Shown in pieces: positions 50,960 to 63,085 of a stretch of 64,000 nucleotides of DNA. This stretch comes from Lama guanicoe (Eukaryota), in contig MU054187.1 of assembly GCA_013239625.1 (NCBI GenBank), forward strand, positions 1,363,964 through 1,427,963. Direction: 5' to 3'. A model generated the notes under the pieces. That model did not search any database. It had not been told where the DNA came from and was given only the letters and a program-made list of their open reading frames with translations. Position 1 is the first letter of the stretch, and each line of letters starts with the position of its first letter. The position numbers and the translations under genes were made by a program.

Positions 50960-53150
50960 AAATCTCCAGCGGAGAATCGCGACGACCCACATACTTGCAC
51001 AGAGAACACCTGACGAAGCGCCTCCCTGGGAAACCACCAGGGGGCGTCTGACGGGGGGGGTCGCACCTTCTTCAACGTGTAAGAGACAAACTCAGCCTGC
51101 AAGCCGGCATCACGCTCACCCACGCGCCCGATGTCCCACCGGAACCGGGGACCAGGCAGGAACGGGCACGTCGGCTCAGACGGCAGAGCGGGCGGCGCCC
51201 AGTGCCCCTCCCGCTGCAGAACCACCGCGGGGCGAGCAAGCGAAGTGCGTGAGAAGCGCGTGTGCGGAGCCGGGAACCAGCCGGCGTCACAGCAGCGAGG
51301 TGCCGCCTGCGCGGGAGGAGGCGGGGGCAGCCGGCGGCCCTGCAGCTCTCTCGGGGCGGAGGCCCCGCGGGAGGCGCCTAACGAGCTGCTGCTGCCGCCG
51401 CCTGGAACGGGGACGGCTCGGGACCGAACAGAGCTGCCCAGAGCCTTTGAGCGAAAGCTGGGGAGAGAGCGAATTTGGGCACAAGGACTTCACAGTCCTC
51501 CTGCGCGTAACAAGGCGCCTGGAAGGCCAGCCACACGCCCGGGAGAAAAAGTTAAAATCGGGAAGAAGGGGGGAAGGCCCCAAGCTTTCGCCGCCCGCCG
51601 AGCCCCAGCCCCGCGTGAGCAGAGCGAGGCCGAGGCCAGAGGAGCCGCCCCGCCCGGCCCAGCGCCGAGGGGCGCCGGGGCGCGCGGCCGGGCGCGCGGA
51701 CCCCGGAGACCACCGCCGCCTTCTCTCTGTGGCTCTAGACGTTTAAGGGAGTGTGCGTCTTGCCGGTGGCTCACCACAAGCTAAAGGGACGCAAACTCCG
51801 GAGACCACACGTGACAAAATACAGTCTTCAAACACTAGCACAGCAACTGCCGCGCACGGCGAAGAACTGCCACGAACCTGAAGGCTAGCAATTTGCTTTC
51901 CAGATTGACCACATGTTCGTATTCAAAATGTTCAGGCTCCAACACAAAATTATGAGACAGCCAAAGAAATGTGAAAGTGTAGCCCACTCAGAAGAAAAAC
52001 AAAAGAATTAACAAAAATGATCCCTTAACAGGACGAACACGGACTGACTCCACAGATTTTAAACCAGCTGCTCTGTATGTGATCAGAAGCTCCAGGAAAC
52101 CAGGGACAAAGAACCAAACGGAACCAAGAGAGTACTGTCTTCGCAAATCGAGAAAATGAATGGAGACAGATTTCATAAAAGGAACCAAACCCAGACCGTG
52201 GAGTTGGAAAGTGCAAAGACTGAAATAAAAATCTCACAGGAGGGGCTGAAGGCAGAGGGAGGACGATCAAAGTTCCGAACAAATTCCGACCAGGAGCCGG
52301 CAGGGCAGAGCGAGCGCAGGTGGGGAAGCACGTGCAGCCTCCCCGCCGGGCACGTGCACACGCGCAGCGAGGGCTTCCGAAGGCGGCGACGGAAGGAAAG
52401 GGGCAGGGGACGTTTGGAGAAACAGGCAGAAAGGGTGTTTGAAGAAATAATGGCCCAGGGTTTCCCCACACGTGAATCTACATGTGGGAAACATAAATTG
52501 TTGGAAGTCAAAAACACAGAGGGAATCTTGGAAGCAGCAAGAGGTGATGTGTGGCTGAGACGCTCTCCTCCCTCAGATGAACAGCCAGTTTCTCATCAGA
52601 AGCCGCAGAAGACAGACGGCAGGGAGAGGAAGCACTTAAAATGCTGAAAGAGAGAAACTGTCAACCAAGAATTCTCTATCCAGCAAAACACCCTCCAAAA
52701 AGGGAGGAGGAGTTAGGACGTTTCCAGACACACAGACACCGAGAGCTCTGCCCTGAGAGAAACGCTGATGGGAGCCTGTTGTGGTGAAAGGAGGCCACTA
52801 GGAGGCAAAGGGCCCTGCAAGAGGCGGCCAGAAACGGGGACACAAGAACTGCTACCTCTGCACTTTTGGTCTGTGAGTCCTCTGTTTCCCCCTCCGCGAT
52901 TTTAAAAACGAATGTATGCAAAACAATGATGAATCTATGACAATAGGCACAGAATGTGTAAAAAATAATTTGTGGTAACAACATAAAGGCGGAGGAATGG
53001 AGCTGAATCGGAGATGAGTTTTAGCATAAAACTGAAGCTCTAGGTTGATCGTTTAGCTGCATTGTTATAAATTGAAGACATTAACTGCCATCCCAAGGGT
53101 AAGCGGTAGGAACAGAGCTTTAAGAATGAACAGAAATGGAAATGAAAACG
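50960..53150 (+). mobile_element. Old L1 5' region and ORF1 remnant with a CpG-island-like 5' part
   Basis: CCACACGTGACAAAATACAG...TTTCCAGATTGACCAC...CAAAATTATGAGACA resembles an L1M 5' end. ORF1 motifs FEEIMA and ILEAAR are present, plus KMLKERNCQPRILYPAK at about 52640-52690. Confidence 0.8.
51034..51047 (+). promoter_or_regulatory. CTCF-like motif
   Basis: CCACCAGGGGGCGT matches the core CCACCAGGGGGCGC at 13 of 14 positions. Confidence 0.5.
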
Positions 53151-53294
53151 GAACCAGGTGGAGAGACGCAGAGACCCCACACAAAGGGCCCCCGACAAGG
53201 TGGCCGCACCCTGGCCCCCGATGTGGAAGCTCTCCAAAGAGCGCTGCCCTTTAAGGGGTTTGTATTTGGGGTTGGGCTTTTTGGGTTTTTTTTG

Positions 53295-53588
53295 GTTTGG
53301 TTTGTTTTTATTCCTTCTAGTTTTATTGCAGTATAACTGACACACAGTGTACAGCATAATGATTTGACTTACGTACATCATGACGCCCACAGTAAGTTCA
53401 GTAAACATCCTTCATCTCCTATAGGTACAAAATTAAAGGAAAAGAAAAATTACTTTTTCCCTTGTGATGAGAACTCTTAAGAATTGCTCTCTTACTTTCA
53501 TCTGCAGCGTACTGCAGTGTTACCTGCATTTATCATGTTGAACATTACATCCCTGGTTCTTATTCATCTTAAAACTGGAAGTTTACCC
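53295..53588 (-). mobile_element. L1MA-like 3' end (antisense)
   Basis: T-rich tail, then TTTTATTGCAGTATAACTGACA...GTGATGAGAACTCTTAAGA...CTTATTCATCTTAAAACTGGAAGTTT. Confidence 0.75.
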
Positions 53589-53589
53589 T

Positions 53590-53985
53590 GGGGCTTCATG
53601 GAGGCTCCATGACTGTCATGATTGGCTAAGTCACTGGCCAGTGATGCCTGATTCAGAGTTAAGCCCCTCGCTCCTCCTTGGAGCTCCGGGGGTGAGACTG
53701 AACGTTCCAGCCCTCTCTCACACGTCTGCTTCTCCTGACGGCGAGTCCCCAGCCGGGGCAGGATCCAAAGTTCATCTTCATCAACGTACACCCGTAACGG
53801 TGGAAACGGACTTGTTATAAATAACAAGTCACCCTTTTCACCTTCGTGGTTCTGAAGCAGTTTCAGGAACTGAGGGCAAGAGACCGAATATCACAGCCGA
53901 AGACCTGGACCTTGCTCTTATCCGTCAGAGAATTCCAGGGCCTGGCAGCTGGGAGCCAGGAACTGTGGGTGACAGACCAATGCCC
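53590..53985. mobile_element. MER21-like LTR
   Basis: TCATGGAGGCTCCATGAC..CATGATTGGCTAAGTCACTGGCCA...CTGAACGTTCCAGCCCTCT...GCCAGGAACTGTGGG..ACAGACCAA matches the recalled MER21 consensus. Confidence 0.7.
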
Positions 53986-55149
53986 CTGAGAAGCATCTTC
54001 CAGTCATCAGAATGGCCAGATGTGTGTATTCCCTGTAAACCACGTGCCTCAGAAACCCACTGGCAAAGAGGGTTTCTGGTGATGGAAACAGGCTGGCTAC
54101 CGTCACGTGCTGAGAGACTGAGAGGGAGAGGGCACAGCACGGCTCTCACAACCTTGTGCTCCCACAGAGTGCACACCGCGAAGCGAGGTCACAGACACAG
54201 CACAGCGCTTCGCCCACACACAGCTCCGGAGAGCAGGTGGACCTGGGACCCAGCAGTGGTGATGCCCGTGGCCCAGCGCCGCCAGGCTCCCGCACCCGCT
54301 CCGCCCTCACTCCCCACTGCGGTCCCCTTGGAAGGAAGCTGCGAGACTGTCACCCACATGCCACACAACCACCCATGCAGGAGAAATGATGCGCAGCTTG
54401 AAGTTCACTCTCGGTCACTCTTACAGATTCGCAGAAGAATGGGACATCATGCACAGGAAGCTAGAAGAACCAACCATCAGAGGCGTCCGTGCACTTTTTA
54501 ACACTAGACGCTGATGCTTAGGAAAATAAAATTATCTCTAGACTTGAAAGGAAGCCTTGCATTCTTTCAAGGTGAAAATATGACAAAATAGAGGGTTTTT
54601 TGGTAATGCTCAATGTTTGTTATTAAAATAAAACGTAACAGCCTGAAAGTGACAATCACCACTCAAGCCATGGTCCACACACCAGCACAGGGTCCCCTCT
54701 CCTCCAGCACACCTGCGTCTCTGATTTTTGTCCAAGACTAATGCCTGTATCTCTAGATGAGCAGATTAAAGGAACGAAAGGAACAGAGAACTTCTGTTTC
54801 TCCATTAGTTCCCTGTACTTTAGAGAACCCTTATAGCCCAGTAATGGTCGCAGATTATTATCTGTTTACTCTTTCCTTTAAAACACTCATATCTGAGAAT
54901 ATGAAATGCCAAGGACCCCCTGGTGACACTTTCTTTTGCAGCCCCCACGCTGAAAAAAGTCTCTTTGTCATATCTAGGCCAAATTGCTTCCATTACAGTT
55001 GAAGCTAATCTCCTTCAGTTCCACCTTTAGTGAAAATAGAGGGCAGGTCCCCCAGCACAGTGCTCCTGACACAACTTCATTCCCCTCCAGTCTCTTCTCT
55101 CCCTTAGAAACTGTTTCATTAACTTTTTTCCGTGGAGGTTGCTTTCGCT

Positions 55150-56020
55150 GCCCTGTCACCCCTACGGATCTGAGCGCGAAGCCCCCCGCCTGCAGGTAGC
55201 AGACGTCGCAAGTCCTGCCTGGACGACGCAGAGCCTCAGACGGCCTGCGCTCGGCGCCCCGCTCTGCAAAGAGTCCGTGTGCAGCTCCGCGCTGTCCAGA
55301 CGCACGGTCACGCGGCACCTTAAGGCCAGCACTGCGTTGTTTCTCGTTGTCACTTTACTGAGTACTGACGTCTCCGCGCTTTTCCCCAGAGATGGTGCCG
55401 ACGTAGCCAAGTGTGTAAGTCGGACTTCACAGCGTGGAGAGGCGAGGAGGCCCGGCCTCGTGGGCGTGGCGGGGCGCGCAGGCGGGATCCGGGGCGGGAG
55501 GCGTCTGACCCCGAATCTGAAATATGTGTCAAATCAGCGACCCGACGCGCGCCAGCGAAGCAGAGGTTCTGCACGCGCACCGCGGTGCACTAGTCCTGGG
55601 GGGACGCGTGGGCCGAAGGTAAAGCGGCTCGTGCCCCCGACCGCCCCTTTGGAAGCCCGCAGGTCGCTCTGAGAGCGGCCTTTCCGCGTGTCCCTCTGAT
55701 GCACACACAGACCAGCGCTCAGCGCCAGAACCACGAGGGACCCTCCGCAGGTCGCCGGGGCGCGCGCGCCCCGTGGGACCCCGTCCTCTGCCCCAGCCGA
55801 CCTGTTCTCCCTGAAATCTGACCTGCGTCCCTCCACCCCGGGGGGCCGCGGGCTCTGTGGGCTCCCGTCCCCGCGCTGCCGAAGGGACGTTGTCTCCATC
55901 GCAAACCGGGAGCCGCTGCTGAGCTGAGCCTGCGTCTTCCTCTCCCCTGGGGTGAGCAGCGCTGTGCCGTCAGGCCTCTGCTTCTTCGGCGCTCTGTCCC
56001 GCCCTGCTCAGAGCCGCAAG
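55150..56020. promoter_or_regulatory. CpG island-like segment
   Basis: Dense CpG and GC boxes (GGGCGTGGCGGGGCG at about 55462). It abuts the HAL1-like remnant. Confidence 0.55.
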
Positions 56021-57135
56021 CCCCTTGACTTCTTCTCTACAAAGTTTTAAACTCGCCCTTCTCTGCATGTTCTCTTTCCTTTAAGCCATATTCCATTATG
56101 TTTACTTGTTTTTGTGTTCCTGATATTTTTTCTTCAGCCTGAAATGTGTTTTTCATTTCCGGTTCTGTCTGAAATATTTTATTTTATTCCTGAGTTTTTC
56201 TAATTTTGCTGGGCTTTATTTCTTCCCTCATTTCCTCGGTGCGTTCCACCCAGCACGTTTTGAAGCAGTCGGTGACATTTAACCTGCCTTATGGGAGCGT
56301 CTGTCTGGCATTCTCTCGTTGCCGGCACTCTGCCGCTGTCATTCTTAATGGCTCTGGGTGGAATTAGATGTTGACATGTTCCTGCGCCTCACGGTTTACA
56401 TAAAATTAGTTCTCCTGAAGTCAGCGTGAGGCCATACTTAGTATAGCTTTTTTAACTTCTTAGAGCCTCTCTGCCACTGTTTTTATTTATTTTTTCCTGT
56501 TGGCGCACAGCCAGTCACCACGTGCCAGTTTCTGGTCCCAGCATCGTGTCCCAGCCGTGCACACGTGTACACACATACTCGTTTTCATGTTCTCTCTCGT
56601 TAGCGGTTGTTACAGTGCCCTGCGTCTGCCGCTGTTTTCTCGTTTGTTTTCGAGGTTCCCCGGAACTGTCTCCTCCATTAGTTTATCCAGGACTTTGCTT
56701 CCTTTTGTTTTAATATCCCAGTCCTGCTCAACTTTGTTTCCCCCTTGAGTCCTCTCCCCTCAGTGTGGGACTTGAAACCGGTCAGTTGTCAGAGGTCACA
56801 GGCGTCCTAGAGCGCAGGCCCGTCAGTCCTTGCCACGTTGGGCCATTGGGCTCAGCTTTACGCTTGGCCAAAGTCGTCCGAGCGGCAGCTGCGGTGCCGG
56901 CCCCACTGTAGCTGGCCACCTGCGGGCCTTTGTTCTCGGTTTATCATCCATCTCACGGCTTCCTTGTGATGCTTTCTGCCCAGACGCTGGCAGCACTCAG
57001 ATGTGAAGCCTGGGGGCGGGTCCCTTCATCCACTCGTCCTTTGTGGTTTGTGACGATACCTTGTCACTTAAGTTCTGAATTAGAGATTCAAGGAAACCAG
57101 ACAAAAATCATGCCAGCATGACTGGCGTCATCTGA
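56020..57135 (-). mobile_element. HAL1-like (half-L1) remnant
   Basis: T-rich antisense ORF1-like tract. The right end CTTGTCACTTAAGTTCTG...AGAGATTCAAGG...GGCGTCATCT resembles the antisense of the HAL1 5' end. Confidence 0.5.
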
Positions 57136-57139
57136 AGAG

Positions 57140-58000
57140 ACTGCCTCCGCACTGTCGTCTCCTGTCGGCCTTCGCTCTGCCTTTAAAACAGGGAGCTCAC
57201 TGTGGCCATGGATGACCTTCAGCCCAAATCACTTCCTAAGTGGCTGCCTCGATCCTCATGGCTCCTCTTTTTCTGTAGCTGCAGGTGTCTCTCACTTTAT
57301 TTCGCTGTTGTTACTTAAATGTGTCTGTACCCAGTACCCTTACGTTCGCGGGAAATTCACAAAGAACTGGCACAGTGAGCGTGGTGCCCAGACGTGAACT
57401 TGGTGACCAGAGCGCCCCTCACCTGAGTGGACGTCGTCACCAAAACCTAGAAAATATGTGAATCAGCAAGTCAGGGTGAAGAAACACATGAAGGAAACGG
57501 TGAGTTTAGCAAAATGGGGAAGTAATCTAAGGAAGTCCCGAAAACACCGTTACTCCGGGTGGCAGAAAGGGGGCATTAGGACTCAAAACCCCAGGGAGCC
57601 CTTCGGGCGGCCCAGCTGGAGGAGACCGAAGTCATGTTTAAACTGGCTCGTGCTTCTTACCACCCCCGGGGCGACGGTCACCCGTGAACACGCCACTGAC
57701 AGCTGGCCGTGAGAGGAGCACTTTCGTTTACAAACATTCTCAGGGCTCTCTCTTTAAATGTACCTGTGTGGAGCTGCAAAGCGCTGCAGCGCGCACGGGG
57801 AAGCGCGCACACGCTCGGGCTTCTCCGGACCCCTCCGTCGTCCTGTGACGGACTCTGCGCCGCTGTTAAACCGTCTGTGCTTGGTCTGCCGGCCGGGCAG
57901 GCCCGCGCCTCGTCCGTGGTTTCCTATCTAGTACCCAGGAAAATAGGCCATCCTATAAAGTCATCGTATAAAAATCCCAGACTCACATACCAGGCCTGTC
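57140..58000 (+). mobile_element. ERV relic: partial LTR, PBS and leader
   Basis: TGGCACAGTGAGCGTGGT at 57368-57385 matches a tRNA-Ser PBS (TGGCGCAGCGAGCAGGGT) at 14 of 18 positions. A donor-like ACG|GTGAGT and an ATGGGG start follow at about 57500-57520. Confidence 0.45.
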
Positions 58001-60390
58001 GTAAAACTAATTAATTAGTCTGGCAGCAGGAGAACGGAGGCGCTCGCTAAAAGCCAGGAGCCGTAACCCAGCCCGTGACCAGACTATGAGCGCCGCTTGG
58101 AGGCTTCCTTTGCTTCAGGGCAACTGTACTGATTTCCTTCTCCAGGAGCGTGATCAGCAGGCCCGGGGAAGGCTGCGGGACCCTGGCGCGTGGTGGGAAG
58201 GGTCAGGCAGGCGTGAAGGAAGAAAGCTCACCAGATCTGTGCTCATCAGATACCATCTGTCTGCACGACGCCCAGCCTCGGTCGACTTCACAAACCTTGG
58301 CCGATGGGAGCTGCACGACACGGGCCCTGCTGCGGGGTCAGCCCCTGAGCTCCGTCCCTTGTGACCGCCCCTTCCCCTCCTCAAAGCCTGTCGCCTCTTC
58401 CCCAGACAGGGTGGGCTTCCCTGCGACCCGCCCGACAGACAATGTCGGCCTGCAGGCGTCTGGCTGTCACATTGTCACACATGGCAGGGATCTTCTCTAA
58501 TCAAGTACATTTCTGGCAAGAGGTCAGCTTTTCCAGAAGATGAGCTTTGAAGCCAAAAGGGCTTGACCCCTTCCTTTGTTGGAATAGTACCCACCTCCTC
58601 CCATGAGGGTGAGAGTCCGGAGCCATGTGGGGACCCCTGGGTAAGGCAGCACCGCAGAACATCCGCCTCCCCGGGCATCTCCCCGCGTCACCATTTTGCA
58701 GCTTACGGCCTGGGAAACAGCCATGAGCCCTCTAGTCTCTAATGAAAAAACGCAACTTTCTGTGAGGCAGAAGGAGGTGGCATGATGGGAGAGAAGAGGT
58801 AACAAAAAGGTAAGAAGATGACAATCAAATGTTGGCTTATAACTTATCCCCTGGTCCAGGAGGATGCACACGGGTAGAAAACTGGACCGTGGGAACCCAG
58901 CGCAGGGCAGGAATGTGAGGGTCTGTGGCAGCTGGGGCGCGACACCAGCGTCCCGTGCACAGTGGTTCAGTGCGACCACACCACCCACAGTGGGGCGGGC
59001 GGGAGCCCAGAGAACCTCAGCTTACAGGCCGTGTCTGACCTGCAGTGAGAGGCGGAATGTGGCTTCTCCCTAATGAGGCGCAGTGATGGAGCAGCCCGTG
59101 CTGCTGCGCTGGGGGAGACTGTATGTGCCCAGAATAAATATATTGCCCTATGTTCAAGTCAGAGAGCAGCCAGCCTTGGAGAGGGCCCTTGTTTAAAACA
59201 GGCTGTGACCTTGGAATAACCTTAATTCTGGGCCCAAATTCAAAATGCTAACTAAAGACCCTACTTAGCCAATGTTAATTATTAAATTAAAAAAAACTTA
59301 CAGGAGAATAATGGTTTTCATTAAATGTATTCATTTAAATTATTTATTATGCGTCTAGTTTTACGGTGTGTGTCGAAGGGGCACATTTACTTTTGGTCAT
59401 AAAAACATGACAAAGGCAAAGATACCAGAGAGTGTGAAGATACATCGATTCACAAGGGCTGACCCGAGAGTTGGCACAAGTCTTGGAAAAGATATTTCTG
59501 TTCCACAGTAAAATAAAAAATAAAATGAGATTTAACTTAATTTTATAACAAAGTTAAAAATATCTAAAATGTTACTTTCATTCTGAGATTGTCATTTCAA
59601 CATTTTTCAGAATGCCTGTCTGTACACAGTGTCTTGTGCAAACTGTAGATCAGAAACGACTCACAGTGAGAAGGGAAGTGGGCGTGTCCTCTGCGGGAGG
59701 AACCAGGTGAGTTCTAGTCCATATTGTGACACGTCACTGAACTTAAACACGGCCTGTAAGTTAGACAGCAGCAGTTTGTCAGTGTTAAATTTCCTTATTA
59801 TACTCATTGTGCAGAGGCCGTAGAAGCCGAACATTCGGGATTGAAATTATATGTTAATGTAGAACACGTGTGGTTGTCAAATTTGAAGTTCAATTTTTTC
59901 TTTACCTTAAAATTGAACAAATAAAATATTAAATATAAATAAATATAAAATAAATGAGTATTATATAGGTCAATATTAAATATTAAATAAGTTTAAATTT
60001 ATAAACAAATATTACTTAAAATGAGTAATTCCAGTATGAGGGATTTGTGTTAGGAAGAAGGATTTAATTTCAAAAAAATTGCAAATATAAATCATAATTG
60101 CAAAAAATTATAATCTTTCTGCATGTCTGAACTTTGGGAAAGCTTAAATAAATCTAACTTCATTCAGATATTAGTTATTTATAAGGAATTTGTGAAACAT
60201 GATAAAGACATGTTCGATTCAGTTTCATGGAAAAAGCAAGATACAGCTTGCTTTAAACTGTTTAAGAAGCAAAACCCAGCAATAAGCCACACCAGAATAC
60301 AAATGCCAGTTACACTTCCGTGTCTTTAAAGACTTCTCTCCAGGAGTCAGCGCCCTGGCGCTTTCCGGCTGGAGCTGCGGGCGGAGCCCG

Positions 60391-60552
60391 AGCAGGGCTC
60401 CGGCTCCTCCCTCTGCAGGACCCCCCTCCACCAGCAGGGCTCTGGCTCCTCCCTCTGCAGGACCCCTTGAGCAGGGCTCCGGCTCCTCCCTCTGCAGGAC
60501 TGCAGGACCCCCCTCCACCAGCAGGGCTCTGGCTCCGCCCTCTGCAGGACCC
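60391..60552 (+). repeat. GC-rich minisatellite, 4 units of about 33-50 bp
   Basis: Core AGCAGGGCTCYGGCTCCKCCCTCTGCAGGAC repeated four times with variable tails. Confidence 0.95.
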
Positions 60553-61147
60553 TGTGCCGCTTCTGAGGCTGAATTTGATTTACAAACTTGCGCTGCCTGG
60601 TTCTCCAAACCCCTCAGGGCGGTGAAGACACATCTCTCTGAGAGGATGAGTTCCCGTAATAAGACCCGACCAGACCTGCCCCCCCACCGGGGCTCAGGGC
60701 CACCGCAGGCCCTGCCAGGACCCAGACAGGGCCCCGCGGGGACGGGCAGAGCCCCGGGCCCCGCGCCCGGAACCAGGGCCGCTGCCTGCGCAATGGTCAC
60801 AACCACCGGCGTCCCCACGGGCCAGCCCGCTGTCCACACAGTGCTGCTTGACGTCTGGAGTTCTAATTATCTCCCCAAATGACTCAAAACAGACCTAATG
60901 TCCCCTGGACAAAAGCTGCTTTCTCTCTCTCTCTCGTTCAAACATCTCAGTTACTTCTGATGAAGAGTCAGAACCCAAAAAATGAGGAATAAATATCTCC
61001 TCATGGAAAATCCATGACTGCCAGATAAACCAAAAACAACTCGTTGGGAAAGTGTAGGGGCCGGAGCACCGTGGGAGACAAAAGAAAACAAGGTTTACTC
61101 TTTCCTAACCCCACCTGCCGCACTGCAGCTGTCTCTCTTTCTGCCTC

Positions 61148-61234
61148 GTGTGTGTGCGTATGTGTGTACGTGTGCACGTGTGTGCGTGTGTACATATGCA
61201 TGTTTGAACGTGTGTGCGTGTGTGTGTGCACGTG
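61148..61234 (+). repeat. Degenerate (TG)n alternating purine-pyrimidine tract
   Basis: Directly visible. Confidence 0.9.
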
Positions 61235-61736
61235 CATTAGACCAGCATTGCCATGGTCAGGGTCGAGCAGATGGTCTAACTCTGAAGTTACCTGTGGTGC
61301 CACGCAGAAAATCCATGAACGGAAAGCCACTGCCGTGCCCTGAGAATGTTTAAAAGCCAACTTCGCTAAGAGGCCCCTGGGGAAATAATAAAGCAGCCAC
61401 TCATTTGAAATCTCGCGGGAGAGGAGAGAGGAAGAGGCCCCAGGACAGCGTCAGAGGCCGAGGCGACAGAAGAGATTTCCCAGCTTTGTGGGCGGCAGTG
61501 CAGTCAGGGCCTGAGGTGCTGTGTCTCGGGTGAGAGCTGCTGGGGGTGCCAATCACAGAGGCGGCTACTCATCACGTGGGCACAGCCGGGAACGAGGCTA
61601 GCCTGGCTTCTGCTACAGCCTCTTGCAGTTTTGATTATGGCAGAAAATGGCACCGTTTATCTTCCTCACCACTTTTAGGAAAGAGCCTGGGGTTTGGTTC
61701 CTAGAAACCAACCTAGAAGAGATGACAGTAACTTAC

Positions 61737-61802
61737 GAGGGAACAGGAGTCTAACCAGGTTAGAGAAGGGTCCAGACGAGACTCAGGACGTGTACGGTAT
61801 TT
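61737..61802 (-). other. Candidate internal exon (66 nt)
   Basis: Acceptor GTTTTACATTCTTGCAG and donor CTC|GTAAGT. Phase 0 is open (KYRTRPESRLDPSLTWLDSCSL) and is not recognised. Confidence 0.35.
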
Positions 61803-62949
61803 CTGCAAGAATGTAAAACACCACGCCCACTCCTCTGGGTGGGCACTATCTGCGGTGACTGGGGCACCGAGCCGCAGAAATGTTTTAATGCAGAGTCATA
61901 AGTGGTCAAACCTAACATTTAACATATTAAGTTAAAGTGCCACATGTGAATTCTTTAATATGAAATCTTGAACTTGTTACACACGGGTCCTGGCTAGCAG
62001 GAACGTCACGCCTGACTGACACGAGCCGGGGGGCTTTGGACCAGGAACACACCAGGCAGTGGCTAGGCTCCCACTTAGGGTGGGGGTTCTCTTGTTGACT
62101 CAGGCTGACTTCGATTACCTTTCACACGGAATTTTTTTTCCCCAGAAACTGCTATTATAGAAAGTACCATGAGAAATGAATTTTCTTTTGGACACCAGTT
62201 TTTATCAGCATTTCACAGTTTGGAAATCTAATTGCATGTTTCGGGGCTGTGTGCAGGCAACTGCTCCCTTTGTACAGTGTTTGAACACAAAATCAATGCT
62301 GCTTGTATTTTAAAGAAGCAAATGAAAAGTAACTAAAAAAGACAACATTCGTTCAGCAAAATTAGATCCTGCATTTGCCACCAGCCCAAGGCCATCACCC
62401 CTCTTGTGCCCTCGCTCATTAAATCCGATGCACTAATTAACCCCGAGACAGGCGTGGAGAGGCCCTGGGTTTGGCACAACTGGCCTCCCTGAGCTCCTCT
62501 GTCCTCACCACCAGCCTCCCCTCCGCTAGTCCACTAGCTCCTCTCAGAGGCCCGTGATCAAGTCTCTGCCCTGAACAGACAGAAGAAACAGGCTCCCTCC
62601 ATGCCCTTGAACTTTCTCGCCCAGGGCTCCTCTCTGGGGGATTTCTTCTCGGAAGCACAGTCTGTGTCCGCCATCATCCACATCACAGTCCAGTCCACCT
62701 CTATGTCTGTCCCTACCACGTCCTGACACCTGTTTTGCAAAAGTCACCGATGAGGTTATGAACATGGGTGCAGTGGAAATGTTCTGTCACAATGTTATTT
62801 TTATTATCCTCACGGTTGGCCGTATCCAGCTCGAACTCTGCTACATGCTGAATACTTTATTCCCCTGACGTGGTTTGACTTCCACAACAACGTGTGCTGA
62901 TTAACATATTTTACTTACGGACAAGTGGCGCTCACAGAGATGCATAAGG

Positions 62950-63085
62950 TGGTGGAAGCGTTCTGGGCGACTCTGCAGAGATGGAGATGTCACCATCCTT
63001 TGGTCCAAACCCACAGAATGTACAGCACCAAGTGAACCCTGATGTAAACCATGGACTCATTAAAAATTTGTCCACATCAGTCCCC
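62950..63085 (+). mobile_element. L1MC-like 3' UTR fragment
   Basis: CCAAACCCACAGAATGTACAGCACCAAGTGAACCCTGATGTAAACCATGGACT. Confidence 0.7.

Noticed and set aside
50928..51784. 272-aa and 217-aa ORFs
   Set aside because: Arg/Pro/Ala/Gly-rich translations of a CpG island depleted in stop codons, contiguous with L1 5' sequence.
52156..52690. 163-aa ORF with L1 ORF1p motifs as a domesticated gene
   Set aside because: Lacks a true ATG start and is frameshifted before the C-terminal motif, so it is a decayed L1 ORF1.
60225..60839. 204-aa minus-strand ORF with peptide repeats
   Set aside because: A translation of the minisatellite and its GC-rich flank.
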